This document shows positions 8,301 to 19,550 of a stretch of DNA of 64,000 nucleotides, in pieces. Position 1 is the first letter of the stretch. Each line of letters begins with the position of its first letter. The translations under genes and the position numbers were made by a program. The DNA is from a virus, in IMG/VR virus record IMGVR_UViG_3300036818_000105, positions 32,001 through 96,000 of that record; one strand, written 5' to 3'. The notes below the pieces were generated by a model. The model ran no database searches and was not told where the DNA came from. It worked only from the letters and a program-made list of their open reading frames with translations.

Positions 8301-11300
8301 GACGGTGGCCGACGAGGGCGGCCCGGTCTGCGCGGGCGGCCAGCCGGTCACCCGCGTCCGCTTCAACGGCCAGGTGCTCACCGTCGAGGAGGCATGCCAG
8401 GCCCTCAAGAACATCGCCGACGTCTTCGCCAAGCAGCTGACCCCGGCGATTACCTCTCTCGCCAGCCTGGCCAGCCAGATCGGCGCGGCCATGGAGCCGG
8501 CGATCCGCGCGCTCGCCGCCGCAGCGCAAGTAGTTGACGAGGAACGGCAGGCGGACGACGACGACGAGGAACCGTGGTCCACCCCGTTCACGATGACGTT
8601 CGGGGAGACGCCGTGAGCGGGGACCTGACTGCCCGCGTAGCCGGGCTGGCCGCCGCGATTGAGGCCGGCCTTGCCGAGGACGAGGCCGCAGCGAAGGCGT
8701 GGGAGCGCGCACCGTGGCCTGAGCCCGGCGAGAGCGCGATGCACTGGCGCCCGGTCGGCAAGCGCTGCGTCCGCTACGACAACGGCCGGGACGAGCCCTT
8801 GCAGGCGATCGACGTGAGCGGCCGGGTGGCCCTGTACGCCGAGGCGATCTGGGTTAAGTGGGACGCCACGGGCGAACGGGCCGTCCACGTCGCCCGCAAC
8901 GACCCCGCTCGCGCTCTCCGGCACGTTAAGGCCACCCGTGACCTCGTTGCCGAGATCCTCGCTGAGCGGCACGACTACAACGTCGGGGACGAGTTCTACT
9001 CCTGCTCGCAGGCGGTTGAGTACGGTACGGACGGCGAGCCGGGATCGGGCTGCTCCGACCAGGAGCGGGCGGGCAAGCCCTGCGACTGCGGACGGGACGA
9101 GAGGGTAGCCCGGATGCTCGGCATCATCGCTACTGAATGGGGAGAGTGAAAGGCGACCGTGGACTTCAACGACGACAGCTTTACGAGGCTGGTCGGCGGG
9201 GCGGTAAAGCTCGCCTGCCCGTTCGCGGACGAGGTCACCACCTACTCCGGGACAGGCTTCGTCACCCTTGACAGCGGGCAGGTGTTCCGCTTCGAGGTCA
9301 GGGAGGTGACCCCGGAGGACGCGGCCGGCGAGTCCGCCGCGTGGCCCGAGGATTCCGAAGCGCCCCCGGGTAATTCCGGGCCGGCCTTGGACGACGACCT
9401 CAGGACGCCGTGGCAGGCTGACCGCGACAAGGCCGAGCGAGCCGGCAAGTGGCCGGAGTCGTGGGGGCCGTTCCACCGTCACTTCGCCAGTGACGCGGTC
9501 CACCGGGACGGGGGCCCCGAGTGCGACCAGCCGGGGACGCCGCGCCGGGTCTACCTGTTCGACCCCGATTACCTCCGCGAGCACGAGATAGCGGTTGCCC
9601 GGTACGCCATCGCCCACCCGGAGGAGTTCATGCCTGAAGGAGGCACCGATGCGACGTGATCCCTTCACCTGGCCCCGCGAGGAGTGCCCGGTAGAGTCCG
9701 CTTCCCTGGTGCTGCGCCTGAAGGACGGCCGCAGGGTCGAGTACGCGGTCAGCGAGCCCGACGCGGCCCGCCTGCTGTGCGACTACGCGCCCGGCCGCTA
9801 CCCGGGCGACGACGACATCCTGTACGGGAACCTTCCGATCGTGCCCGACCCGCGCGTTACCGAGCCCCGCCCGCCGCTCCAGTTCACGGTGACGTTCGGG
9901 TTCCGGCTCATGAGGCGGGATGAGTTCCTGCGGGTCGCGGAGACGCCAGCCGAGGAGGCGGCCCGTGATCAGGGTTGAAGTCACGAACGAGCCCGACGTA
10001 ACCCGCATGGTGGCCGCGTTCACGACCCTGCCGGTACTGCTGGACTCCGACTACGAGGTGTTCCTTGCTGGCGGGTTCGGCCCCGGCGGGAATGCGGCGA
10101 TGCTCCGGGCGTGGCGCAGGGACGGCCAGCGAGGCGGCAGCGGCGGGAGCGCGGGCATCATCCACCACGGGCCGGGCGCGCTCGGGGGATTCGACGGCAT
10201 GGGCGGCGGGGGCGGAACTGGCGGCGGCGGCCGGGTAGAGATGCACAACCACGGACTCGCCGGACCCTGCCTGCCGGGATGCCCGAGCTATGCGGCAAGG
10301 GAGTCGTGATGGGCCACCAGGTCATTAAGCAGCCGGACGGCCTGTACGCGATCTTCTCCAGCTTCTCGGATACCTGGATCGTCTACGACGCCCCCCGGCA
10401 GGAAGTCATCGACTACTACGCCGAGAAGGCCGCGAGGGAGGCGCGAGAGAGTACCGCCCGGTTGCTGGACGACGTGGACGAGAACCCCCGCAAGGCGTAC
10501 TGCCAGTTCGCCATGACCTTCGCCGAGGCCAACGCCAAGAGCAAGGCGCACGGCGGCGAGGTACTTGACGGGCCGGTCGACGCGGAGCTGCTGGCCGAGA
10601 TGACGGCCGCGTGGGGCGACGCGGAGGACGATGGCGATGGCTGAGCCGTGGTACTGCGAGGCGTACGGCCCGCGCGCCCCGAAGGCGGAGACGCTCTGCT
10701 TCATCGCGCCCGGCCCGGTCCCCCGCGCCTGCGCCTCACCGGAGACGTGCCGCGAGACGATGGCCGCCGAGCGGCAGCGGGTATGGCGGCGGATCAACGA
10801 GATGGCGGCCAGCGGCGACCCGGACGGGGAGTTCCTCGCCGGAGAGTTCACTGACCCGGCGCAGATCCTGGGCGGCGGTGACGATGGACAGGCGTAAGCC
10901 TGGCTGCCAGGGCGCTAGCTACGGCACCGACTACTCGGCGGCACCGCACGGCGCGCACGAGTTCCTCGCGTCGCGGTACGCGGAGCCGGGCGAGTGCTAC
11001 GGCTGGACTCAGCAGGAAGGGGACGCCAGCACCCTCGCCGACCGGCTCGACCAGGTGGCCCGCGACAACGCACGGCCGCTGAAGATGCCGCCTGGTATCC
11101 GCCTGGAGTGCCACCCGCTGGTGGTTCACGTCCTGCAGCAGCTGTTCGTCCCGTCATACGGCGAGTTCACCGCTAGCCTGAGCACGGGCGAGGACATGAT
11201 GAAGCCGCAGATCCCGGTCGTGGTCACGGCGGGGATGGGGCGCGGGCAGTGGCGGATCACTGCCGATGACGGGCTCATCGCAGAGGGAGCGGTGCGCGAT

Positions 11301-13864
11301 GGCTGATTCCCTGGAAGAGACTAAGCGGTACATCGCCGAGTACGAGGCCCGCGAGCGCGCCCTCCGCGACTGGACGGCACGAAGCCAGGACACCCCGCTC
11401 GGCCGCGTCGCAGCCCTCATCCTCGCCGAGGACGACGAGGCCGCGAACCTGTCGGGCGGCCAGGGACCCGAGTACTACTCGGGACTGGCGTTCGCACTCG
11501 GCGCGATCACGGACGAGGTGCTAGGCGATGGCTGACGAGGACGACCCGCTAGCGGGCTTCAACCCGGACGAGGCACTCGGCCAGATGCGGGAGCTGGCAG
11601 GCGGCGAGGACAACGCGAACGAGGTAGTCAGGCTGTTCACGCGGGTGAAGGTGCGGGCGAAGGCGGAAGAACTCTGGCAGCGCGCCGAGGCTGACCCGGA
11701 GTTCGCCGCCGAGCTAGGCGAGGAACTCGCGTCCCTCCGTGAGTCCGGGCCGTATATCACCTACCCCGGCGGCATGAGCAAGCCGGAGAAGTGCGAGGTG
11801 TGCGGCACCCTGGTTATCGTCGTTCCTGAGGTGCCCGCCAGCGCCCGCACCGAGCCGGAGCCTGCGCTGTGGGAGTCCGGGCAGTGGCGCAAGCACACCC
11901 CGCGCCGCTGCAAGGCGATGCGGAGGGAGACATGATGGCCGAGATGACACAGAAGTTCTACCTCCTGGTCTGCCGGGAGTGCGGCAACGGCGACCTCGTG
12001 ATGCCCTTCGGCAGCGCAGAAGAACGCGGCAAGTGGGCCGGGGGGCACACGAGAGGCACCGGGCATGACCGCTGGTTCGTCACCGAGTCGGACCACCGGC
12101 TGTCCGGCCAGGAGGTAGCCGGGATGCTGGCCCGCGCCGGCGAGGCGCTGCGGGAACTCGCCCTGCCGGAGGATCCCCGGCTCGCCGAACTCCGCCACCT
12201 CGCCGCCGACCTGGTTGAGCTGCACGCGGCGGGCGCGCTGGCGGGAGTCCGGGCGGTCGTCGCCGAGCGGCTGCGTCAGGTACGCGGAGAACCCGCTGAG
12301 GGCATCGACGGAAGGGCGTACCAGGCCGCCATGCTGGCCGGGGAGATCGACCGGGAAGGAACCACGTGACCGCCTTCGCCCGGTGGAGCATCGCGGCCAC
12401 GCACCGCCTCCACGGCCTCACCGAGGGCCCGTGCACGCCGCACACGGCCCGCTACGACCTCGCCGGGGGCGGAACCGCGATCGTTACCCTGGAACTTCCC
12501 CTCGGCCCTCCTGCGTCGGCCGGGAGGACCGTGATGATGCTGCCCGCGCCTCCCGCCGGAAGCCTCGTCGAGCACGTGGCCCTGTTCGCCGAGGACGGGA
12601 CCGAGTTGATCGAGATCCGGTGCGACCCGCCGGAGGCCGCCGGTGACAGCGGGACGTGGCAGGTTGCCGTCGCGGCCCCGGACCTGGACGAAGGCGCGGT
12701 CGCCGAGGCCCCTGAGGATGTCCGGCTGGTCATCGGCGACCGGGAGTACCCGTGCGACGTGCTGCGCGACCCGGAACAGGACAGCGACGGCTGCGCGGCA
12801 TGGGTCGTGGTGCCCCGCGAGGCGCTCCCGCCTCTCGGAGACGGCGCGTGCGTGCGCGCCGCGGTGCTCCCGGCCAGAACACTGCTGGTCCTCGACCTTG
12901 GGCTGACGACGTGACCGCCTCTGAGCCCGAGTACGACTACCCGCGCACCGGCAGCGGCCCGCTCTGCGCCGCCGAGGAGAGCGGGTACCTGGACAGCACC
13001 GACGTGTTCTGCCCGTTCCTGCCGGGCCCGGACTACAGGTGCACATCGGGATGCCCGACGAACCGGGAACGGGTCTGCATCAACGGACTGGACGGTGAAT
13101 GAACGCATGGCCCTTGCAGTGACATCCGACGGCCGCCGGTACGCCGCGCCCGGCTTCAACCATGAGGCGCACGACCGCTGGGTACTGGCGGGGAACTGCC
13201 CTGTCATCAGCGTGGCGAAGTCGTGGTGCGACAAGAAGGCCGGGCATGACGGCCGCCACGGGTCGCCTCTCGTGCTTCCGCCGGGACCTGGCGAGGTACC
13301 AGGGGGCGCGCTGCTGCCGGGCAAGCCTGAACCCGGCATGCGGCCGTCCCCCGTCCGCTACGTCGAATGGGACTGGTGATGGCGCACGAGATCGTGATCC
13401 GCCTTGGCCGCCCGTTCGGCGTGCAGACGGACCACGGCGCGTTCCTCGCTGGCGTCCGCGAGATAACGATCCCGTTCGCCGACCGGGAGTCCGCTGAGGC
13501 CGCCCAGCGCGAGGTCGGGGTGTTCGTCCGGGAGGTGCACGACGCTGGCGGGGAGGACTACCTGCCTGTAGTAGCGGGCGAGGTGGTGCCGGAAGATTTC
13601 GAGCGGGTGCTCAGGGAGCAGGCGGGGCAGATGCGCGCCTCGATCCTCGCACCCAAGCCCGACCTCGGCGACGTGCGCGGCGACCTGGCCCGCGACATGC
13701 GCGACCTGCGGGAGCTGGACGAGATCAACGCGATCATCCCGCTTCCCGCCCGCTGCCCCGCCTGCGGGATACGCGACGACGTGCCGATGGACAGTTCCCC
13801 GCTGCCGGAGACTGACGACGAGGCCCGCAGTTACTGCACTACCTGCGGAAGGCGGGTGGACTGA
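5357..13864 (+). other. Array of about 30 small, translationally coupled hypothetical phage genes
   Basis: Back-to-back ORFs with GTGA/ATGA overlaps and RBSs, e.g. 5357-5551, 5548-5778, 6013-6666, 7366-7659, 7656-7883, 8239-8616, 9159-9659, 10631-10897, 11528-11935, 12366-12914, 13095-13379; many carry CxxC motifs. Confidence 0.75.
9405..9623 (+). repeat. 219-bp near-identical segment, inverted copy at 19293-19511
   Basis: Both copies encode TPW.ADRDKAERAGKWPESWGPFHRHFASDAVHRDGGPECDQPGTPRRVY.FDP. Confidence 0.9.
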
Positions 13865-13867
13865 CGG

Positions 13868-14101
13868 CTACGAGCCGCCCATCTTCGGTCCGCAGGCGAT
13901 GCCCGCATTGGCCCACATGACCGCGGCGCGGACGTGCCTGAGCGCCTCGTCCCGCTCTACGCCCTCGGGCACCTCGTCAACGATCAGCTCGGCTAGCTCC
14001 CGTCCGCCCTTGCGGATCTCCTGGTAGACCGCCACCTCGCCCGGCCCTGACGGCGGGTGGTGCGTGAACCAGTTCTCTAGCTGCTGGCCCTGCTCTGACA
14101 T
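13868..14101 (-). CDS. Acb2/Tad1-like hairpin protein, candidate anti-defence sponge (alternative start 14182)
   Basis: FTHHPP...YQEIR...LAELI...P...ERDEAL...VMWANAGIAC pattern. Confidence 0.6.
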   Translation of the reverse strand: MSEQGQQLENWFTHHPPSGPGEVAVYQEIRKGGRELAELIVDEVPEGVERDEALRHVRAAVMWANAGIACGPKMGGS

Positions 14102-14195
14102 CGCGCCTCGCCCTCCTGGCCTGATTACCCACTTGCGGTCAATTCTGAAGGCGGTGATCGGCCCGTACCGGACCTCAGCCATCCCGCCTCCCTCG

Positions 14196-14241
14196 TGCAC
14201 GTGCAGGCATCTCGTGCATTGGCACGTGCATGCGGCATCAT
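14196..14241 (+). promoter_or_regulatory. Late-promoter-like motif, copy 2 (terminase operon)
   Basis: TGCACGTGCA-N7-CGTGCA-TT-GGCACGTGCA-N5-CATCAT. Confidence 0.7.
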
Positions 14242-14248
14242 AGGGGAC

Positions 14249-14701
14249 ATGGCCACCTCCCGTCCCGGCACGCGCGCCGACCTTACCCGTGTCGCGATCT
14301 TCGGATCGGTAGACGGCCTCGGCCTGTACCTCGGCATCGTCGCCGGCCTGATCGTCGCCCGCCAGCAGCCGTCAGCCGTCTGGGTCGCCGCAGTGTCCGG
14401 CGGAACCGCCGAGCTCATCAGCATGGCCAACGCGCAGCGCCTCAGTGACCGCAAGTCAGGCGTCACGGCCGCCCTCGTCGTCGGGGCCGCGTCGTTCGCC
14501 GGGTGCGTCGCCCCTGCCGTCCCGTACGCGGCATGGCGGGGCGAGTGGGCGCTCGCGGCCTCCCTCGCCCTCGCCGCCGCCGTCGCGGGGGTCATCAGCT
14601 GGCTCCGGCCCGAGCGCGGGGTCCTGGCCGTCGCGGAAACCTATGCGCTGCTCACCGTGACCGCCGTCGCGTGCGGGCTGATCGGGCTGTGGCTGCGGTG
14701 A
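14249..14701 (+). CDS. VIT1/CCC1-like membrane protein (compact)
   Basis: IFGSVDGL in TM1, ELISMA in TM2, about five hydrophobic helices. Confidence 0.6.
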   Translation: MATSRPGTRADLTRVAIFGSVDGLGLYLGIVAGLIVARQQPSAVWVAAVSGGTAELISMANAQRLSDRKSGVTAALVVGAASFAGCVAPAVPYAAWRGEWALAASLALAAAVAGVISWLRPERGVLAVAETYALLTVTAVACGLIGLWLR

Positions 14702-14711
14702 GGCGGCGGCG

Positions 14712-15164
14712 ATGGTGAAGCACGGCGGCCACCTGTGGGCAAGGCACCCCGCGGTCCGCAGCGGCAGCGACCTCAGCACCGGGGAACGGGCGGCGGACGG
14801 CCTCAAGGCAATCTTCGGGACCTGGACCCTCCTGTTCGCCATCATCATCGGCATCATCTTGTGGATCACCCTGGTCACCGACCCCGGCGAGCTCCGCCTG
14901 AACCTCGGCCTGTCGTTCCTCGCCAGCGTCCAGGGGGTGATCCTCCAGATCGCCGCCAACCGCGGTGACCGGATCGCCGGGGAAGTCGCCCTGCACACCG
15001 CGGGCAACACGGACGCCCTGAAGCAGCAGAGCGGGGAGATCCTGACCCTGCAGAAGCAGCAGATGGACCTGCTGTCCGGCATCGAGCACGCCAACTCCGA
15101 GCTCGCCCTCATCCGCCAGGCCGTCGCCGCGCGCCCGCAGTCACCCGAAGGAGGCGGCACGTGA
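14712..15164 (+). CDS. DUF1003-like membrane protein
   Basis: GERAADGL...FGTW, LNLGLSFLASVQGVILQIAANR, coiled-coil tail. Confidence 0.65.
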   Translation: MVKHGGHLWARHPAVRSGSDLSTGERAADGLKAIFGTWTLLFAIIIGIILWITLVTDPGELRLNLGLSFLASVQGVILQIAANRGDRIAGEVALHTAGNTDALKQQSGEILTLQKQQMDLLSGIEHANSELALIRQAVAARPQSPEGGGT

Positions 15165-15439
15165 GCCGCACACGAGACCAGCTAACCCGCCTCGAGGCAT
15201 CCGTCGCCCGCCTCGAGGAGGCCCTCGCCGGACACGCCACCCACCTCCGCGAGCAGGCCGCCGCGACCCGCATCGAGGTCAAGAACGCCGGGGCATCCGC
15301 TGACGCCGCCCACGCCGGGGTCCAGGCCCTCGCAGACATGCTCCCCGTCCCCGTCCCGGTCGACCCGGTGACAGGCGGGCCGGCCGTGCAGCCGCCCGCT
15401 GCCCGGCGCGCGGTCAAGCCGCCGAAAGAGCAGGCGTAG
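15161..15439 (+). CDS. Hypothetical coiled-coil protein
   Basis: AGGAGG RBS, coupled start. Confidence 0.6.
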   Translation: MSRTRDQLTRLEASVARLEEALAGHATHLREQAAATRIEVKNAGASADAAHAGVQALADMLPVPVPVDPVTGGPAVQPPAARRAVKPPKEQA

Positions 15440-15484
15440 GTGCGCGGGCCCGGCGCCGAGATCACAACCTGACCAGGAAAACCC

Positions 15485-16078
15485 ATGACCACGCAAACAC
15501 CCCGCAGCCGCGGCGGCAACGGCAAGTTCACCCGCGCCGCCGAGAGCCGCAAGCGCGACTGCCGTGCCGCCGAGCTCCACGGGCAGGGCTGGTCCTACCA
15601 GCGGATCGCCGACGAGCTCGGGTTCGCGTCCAAGGGCCACGCGCACAACGGCGTGATGCGCGCCTACGCCGACATGTGCACCGAGGAGGCGGGGCAGGCC
15701 CGGCAGGCCGACCTTGACCGCATCGACCGGCTCATCGAGCAGGCGTGGCAGGTGATGCTGACCCCGCACCTGACCGTGAACAACGGCAAGGTCATCCGCC
15801 ACTTCGCGGGCTTCGAGCGCGACGAGGACGGCATCGAGCGCCTCGACATGGACGGCAAGCCGATCCCGGTCTTCGTGGACGTGCTCGACGACGGCCCGAG
15901 GCTCGCCGCGGTCGGCGTCATCAAGGGGCTGCTCGAGCGCCGGGCGAGGATCTTCGGCTACGACGCCCCCGCCAAGTCCCGCGTCGAGGTGATCACGGCC
16001 GACATGGTCGAGTCGCAGATCGCCGACCTCGAGTCCCAACTGGCCCGCAATGACCCCGCTGGTCCAGGCACCCCCTGA
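15485..16078 (+). CDS. terS: Terminase small subunit
   Basis: HTH GWSYQRIADELGF; LLERRARIFGYDAP; directly upstream of terL. Confidence 0.8.
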   Translation: MTTQTPRSRGGNGKFTRAAESRKRDCRAAELHGQGWSYQRIADELGFASKGHAHNGVMRAYADMCTEEAGQARQADLDRIDRLIEQAWQVMLTPHLTVNNGKVIRHFAGFERDEDGIERLDMDGKPIPVFVDVLDDGPRLAAVGVIKGLLERRARIFGYDAPAKSRVEVITADMVESQIADLESQLARNDPAGPGTP

Positions 16079-18818
16079 CCGCCTGCGGTACCTGCTGGAG
16101 CTCCAGCGCCGCGCCGCGAGGATCAAGCACGGGATCACCAGGTACTACGACGACCCGGTCGGCTTCGCGCGTGACTGCATCGACTGGGGCGACAGCGAGG
16201 GCCTGACCGAGTACCAGGAGGAGATCCTCGACGGGATTCCCCGCCGCAAGCGCGTCGCGGTACGAGGCCCCCACGGGCTCGGCAAGGCGCTAGAATTGAG
16301 TGTGCGCATACCCACCCCTTCCGGCTGGTCGACCATCGGCGGCCTGCGCGTCGGCGACGAGGTTTTCGACGAGCACGGCAAGCCCTGCCGGGTGACGGGC
16401 AAGTCGCCCGTATGGCACGGCGACACGTACGAAGTCGAGTTTGCGGACAAGACCGTCATCACCGCTCACGGCGAGCACGAGTGGAACGCAGTCGACGTCT
16501 ACCACCGCCCGAAGACACCGAAGCCAGACCGGCGGCCTGTGCCCGTTTCGGACTGGCGCGACCACTGGGTATCGACTAGGCGCGTCACTACCGCGTACAT
16601 GGCGGAGCACATGCTCTCGCCTGGCGGTCAGCTTCGGTGGCGCATCCCGGCAGCACGCCCGCTGGAGCTACGTGCCGCCGACCTGCCGGTTGACCCGTAC
16701 ATCCTTGGGTACTGGCTCGGTGACGGATCGTCGAGGGGCGCCCAGATAACGATCTGCGCCAGCGACTGGCCGAGCCTGCAAGAGCGCCTGAAGGATGCCG
16801 GGTATCACCATGGCGAGCCCCGGCCGCATAAGGCCAGCCCGTCAACCTTCTCAGTGGGCGTCTCCACGCAGCCGGTGCGCCGTGGCGGCGGCCAGCATGA
16901 CACGCTGGCGCTCAGGCTCCGCAATCTCGGCGTCCTCGGCAATAAGCACATCCCGGTGATCTACCAGCGGGCATCCGCGGCGCAGCGCATGGAGGTTGTG
17001 CGCGGACTGTGGGACTCGGACGGCTACCGGCAGGCTGGCGGCAGCGACGAGATCACGCTCACCTGCAAGCCGCTAGCGGATGACGTAGCTGAGCTGCTGC
17101 GGTCTCTCGGCCTGGTGGTCCGGGTAAGCGAAAGCGACTCCAAGATTGACGGGCGCGTGGTCGGCCGCAGGTGGCGCATCGCCGCCCGGTTCGACTTCAA
17201 CCCCTACCGTCTTGCGCGCTACGACTGGGAGCCCCGCGGCCGGCAGTCCTCTCGCCACACCCAGCGGACGATCACGGATATCCGCAGGGTGGCCGACAAG
17301 CCGACCCAGTGCATCGAGGTGGACTCGCCGTCGCACCTGTACCTCGCTGGCGACTCAATGATCCCGACGCACAACTCCGGGATAGCGGCCATCGCCGTCC
17401 ACTGGTTCGCCCTGACGCGGGACGCGGCCGGCGTCGACTGGAAGATCCCTGCGACCGCCGGGTCATGGCACCAGCTGACCCAGTACCTGTTCCCTGAGAT
17501 CCACAAGTGGGCCGGGCGCCTGCGATGGGACAAGGTGCGGGACGGCCGCCCGTTCTCCCGCGCGCACGAGCTCCAGAACCTGAACCTGCGCCTGGCGCAC
17601 GGCTCCGCCTTCGCGGGGGCATCGGCGAACGCGGCGCTGATCGAGGGCGCGCACGCCGACTCGCTGCTGTTCCTGTTCGACGAGGGAAAGGCCATCCCGG
17701 CCGCCACGTTCGACGCATGTGAGGGCGCCCTCGGCGGCACGGGCGAGGCCTTCGCCCTGATCCTGTCAACGCCGGGGGCACCGTCAGGGCGCTTCTACGA
17801 CATCTGCGCGCGCAAGCCCGGCTACGAGGACTGGCACCCTGTCCACGTCACCCTCGAGCGCGCGATCGCCGCCGGGCGCATCAGCGAGGAGTGGGCTGAG
17901 CAGCGCGCCCGTCAGTGGGGCACCGAGTCGGCGATCTACCAGAACCGCGTCCTGGGCGAGTTCTACGCCAGTGACGAGGACTCGGTTATCCCCCTCGCGT
18001 GGGCGGAGGCGGCGGTTGCCCGCTGGCACGCCTGGGACGAGGCCGGGCGTCCGGAACCGGGCAGGCCGCGCACGGTTGGCGTGGACGTGGCCCGCACCGG
18101 CCAGGACCGCACGGTCCTCGCCCTCCGCAACGGCCCGGTGATCACGGAGCTGCGCCGGTCGGTGAAGGAAGACACGATGCAGACCACCGGCCGCGTGAAG
18201 GGCATCCTTGACGCCGACGACTCGGTTACCGCCGTGGTCGACGTGATCGGCATCGGCGCAGGCGTCGTTGACCGCCTCCGCGAGCAGCACGCCCGGGTGC
18301 TGGCTTTCAACGCCTCCCGCGGGTCGAAGGCGAAGGACAGCACGAGGGAGTTCGGCTTCGCGAACCGCCGGAGTGAGGCGTGGTGGACGATGAGGCAGGC
18401 GCTGGACCCGTCGAGCGACCCGGATATCTGCTTCCCTGACGACGAGATGCTGCTCGGTGACCTCTCGGCACCGCAGTGGAAAGTCACGTCATCCGGAAGG
18501 ATCGCGGTGGAGACTAAAGAGGAGATCGCCAAGCGCCTAGGCCGGTCAACTGACGACGGTGACGCGGTAATTCAGGCTTTCGTCCCGCACCTCGGCGAGT
18601 CTTCGCCGGGCACCGTCCGCAAGTGGGCCGGGTCCGTCGAGCTCGACAGCATGGGCGTGAGCGAGGAAACGAAGGCTCACCGCCGCATGAGGGAGATCGC
18701 GGGCAAGGCGGCCGAGGGACTTGAGGACGCGCCGTGGGATCTCGACGGATTCTCGCCGCAGGACGGCGATGACAGACCGCAGGGCGGGCGACGGGGCAAC
18801 GTCCGGACGTGGCAGTAG
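16050..18818 (+). CDS. terL: Terminase large subunit containing an intein
   Basis: Walker A GPHGLGK|S split by the intein; Walker B LFDE; ILSTP; nuclease motifs GVDVARTGQD and RSTDDGDA. Confidence 0.93.
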   Translation: MTPLVQAPPDRLRYLLELQRRAARIKHGITRYYDDPVGFARDCIDWGDSEGLTEYQEEILDGIPRRKRVAVRGPHGLGKALELSVRIPTPSGWSTIGGLRVGDEVFDEHGKPCRVTGKSPVWHGDTYEVEFADKTVITAHGEHEWNAVDVYHRPKTPKPDRRPVPVSDWRDHWVSTRRVTTAYMAEHMLSPGGQLRWRIPAARPLELRAADLPVDPYILGYWLGDGSSRGAQITICASDWPSLQERLKDAGYHHGEPRPHKASPSTFSVGVSTQPVRRGGGQHDTLALRLRNLGVLGNKHIPVIYQRASAAQRMEVVRGLWDSDGYRQAGGSDEITLTCKPLADDVAELLRSLGLVVRVSESDSKIDGRVVGRRWRIAARFDFNPYRLARYDWEPRGRQSSRHTQRTITDIRRVADKPTQCIEVDSPSHLYLAGDSMIPTHNSGIAAIAVHWFALTRDAAGVDWKIPATAGSWHQLTQYLFPEIHKWAGRLRWDKVRDGRPFSRAHELQNLNLRLAHGSAFAGASANAALIEGAHADSLLFLFDEGKAIPAATFDACEGALGGTGEAFALILSTPGAPSGRFYDICARKPGYEDWHPVHVTLERAIAAGRISEEWAEQRARQWGTESAIYQNRVLGEFYASDEDSVIPLAWAEAAVARWHAWDEAGRPEPGRPRTVGVDVARTGQDRTVLALRNGPVITELRRSVKEDTMQTTGRVKGILDADDSVTAVVDVIGIGAGVVDRLREQHARVLAFNASRGSKAKDSTREFGFANRRSEAWWTMRQALDPSSDPDICFPDDEMLLGDLSAPQWKVTSSGRIAVETKEEIAKRLGRSTDDGDAVIQAFVPHLGESSPGTVRKWAGSVELDSMGVSEETKAHRRMREIAGKAAEGLEDAPWDLDGFSPQDGDDRPQGGRRGNVRTWQ
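16287..17375 (+). mobile_element. Class 3 intein (363 aa) with LAGLIDADG homing endonuclease
   Basis: Starts ALELSVRIPTPSGW, ends IPTHN/S; W-C-T triad (HEW, TQCIEVD, PTHN); YILGYWLGDG and RGLWDSDG. Confidence 0.9.
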
Positions 18819-18832
18819 GCAGGCCGACCCGC

Positions 18833-19237
18833 CTACATGAACTCCACGTCCTCCCCGGCCGCCGCTGCCTTCCGTAGCCCGTCGATGAACCGCTCAGTGT
18901 TTTCCCGCGCGCGGTAGACCGCGCCGTCCAGCAGCGGCAGCAGCTGCTCTAGCCGGTCCGCGAGGTGAGCGCCGTGCTGCGGGTGAATGACCCCGTCGCA
19001 GTCCGAGTGAACGAGCAGGAACAGCAGCGGGTCGTCTCCGGGGATGGCGTCCCACTCGCCCAGGTAGTTCTTGTCCTCGAACATCTCCCACGGCAGTTCG
19101 TAGTACGCCTCGCCGCGCAGGACGTTAGGCGTTCTGTCGCTGACCTGGTACCCCGCCGCCCTGGCCACCTCGCGCCGCCACCGCTGGAACCCGCCGTACG
19201 GCCCGTGCCAGCACTCGTGACTGGTGTCTAGTCCCAC
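18833..19237 (-). CDS. Conserved hypothetical phage protein
   Basis: MGLD...GPYGGFQRWR...LLVHSDCDG. Confidence 0.7.
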   Translation of the reverse strand: MGLDTSHECWHGPYGGFQRWRREVARAAGYQVSDRTPNVLRGEAYYELPWEMFEDKNYLGEWDAIPGDDPLLFLLVHSDCDGVIHPQHGAHLADRLEQLLPLLDGAVYRARENTERFIDGLRKAAAAGEDVEFM

Positions 19238-19259
19238 GCCCGGCAGCCTACATGCGCGC

Positions 19260-19550
19260 TCAGGCCGGGCCCTCCCCTTCCGCCGCGAACTGCTCCGGGT
19301 GGGCGATGGCGTACCGGGCCACTATCAGCTCGTGCTCGCTCAGGTATTCAGGGTCAAAGACGTAGACCCGGCGCGGCGTCCCCGGCTGGTCGCACTCGGG
19401 GCCCCCGTCCCGGTGGACCGCGTCACTGGCGAAGTGACGGTGGAACGGCCCCCACGACTCCGGCCACTTGCCGGCTCGCTCAGCCTTGTCGCGGTCGGCC
19501 TCCCACGGCGTGCGGGTGTCCTGGTCGTCCTCTGGGTCCGGGGTGCTCAT
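19260..19550 (-). CDS. Hypothetical protein, paralog of the C-terminal half of 9159..9659
   Basis: Sequence near-identity to 9405-9623. Confidence 0.75.
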   Translation of the reverse strand: MSTPDPEDDQDTRTPWEADRDKAERAGKWPESWGPFHRHFASDAVHRDGGPECDQPGTPRRVYVFDPEYLSEHELIVARYAIAHPEQFAAEGEGPA

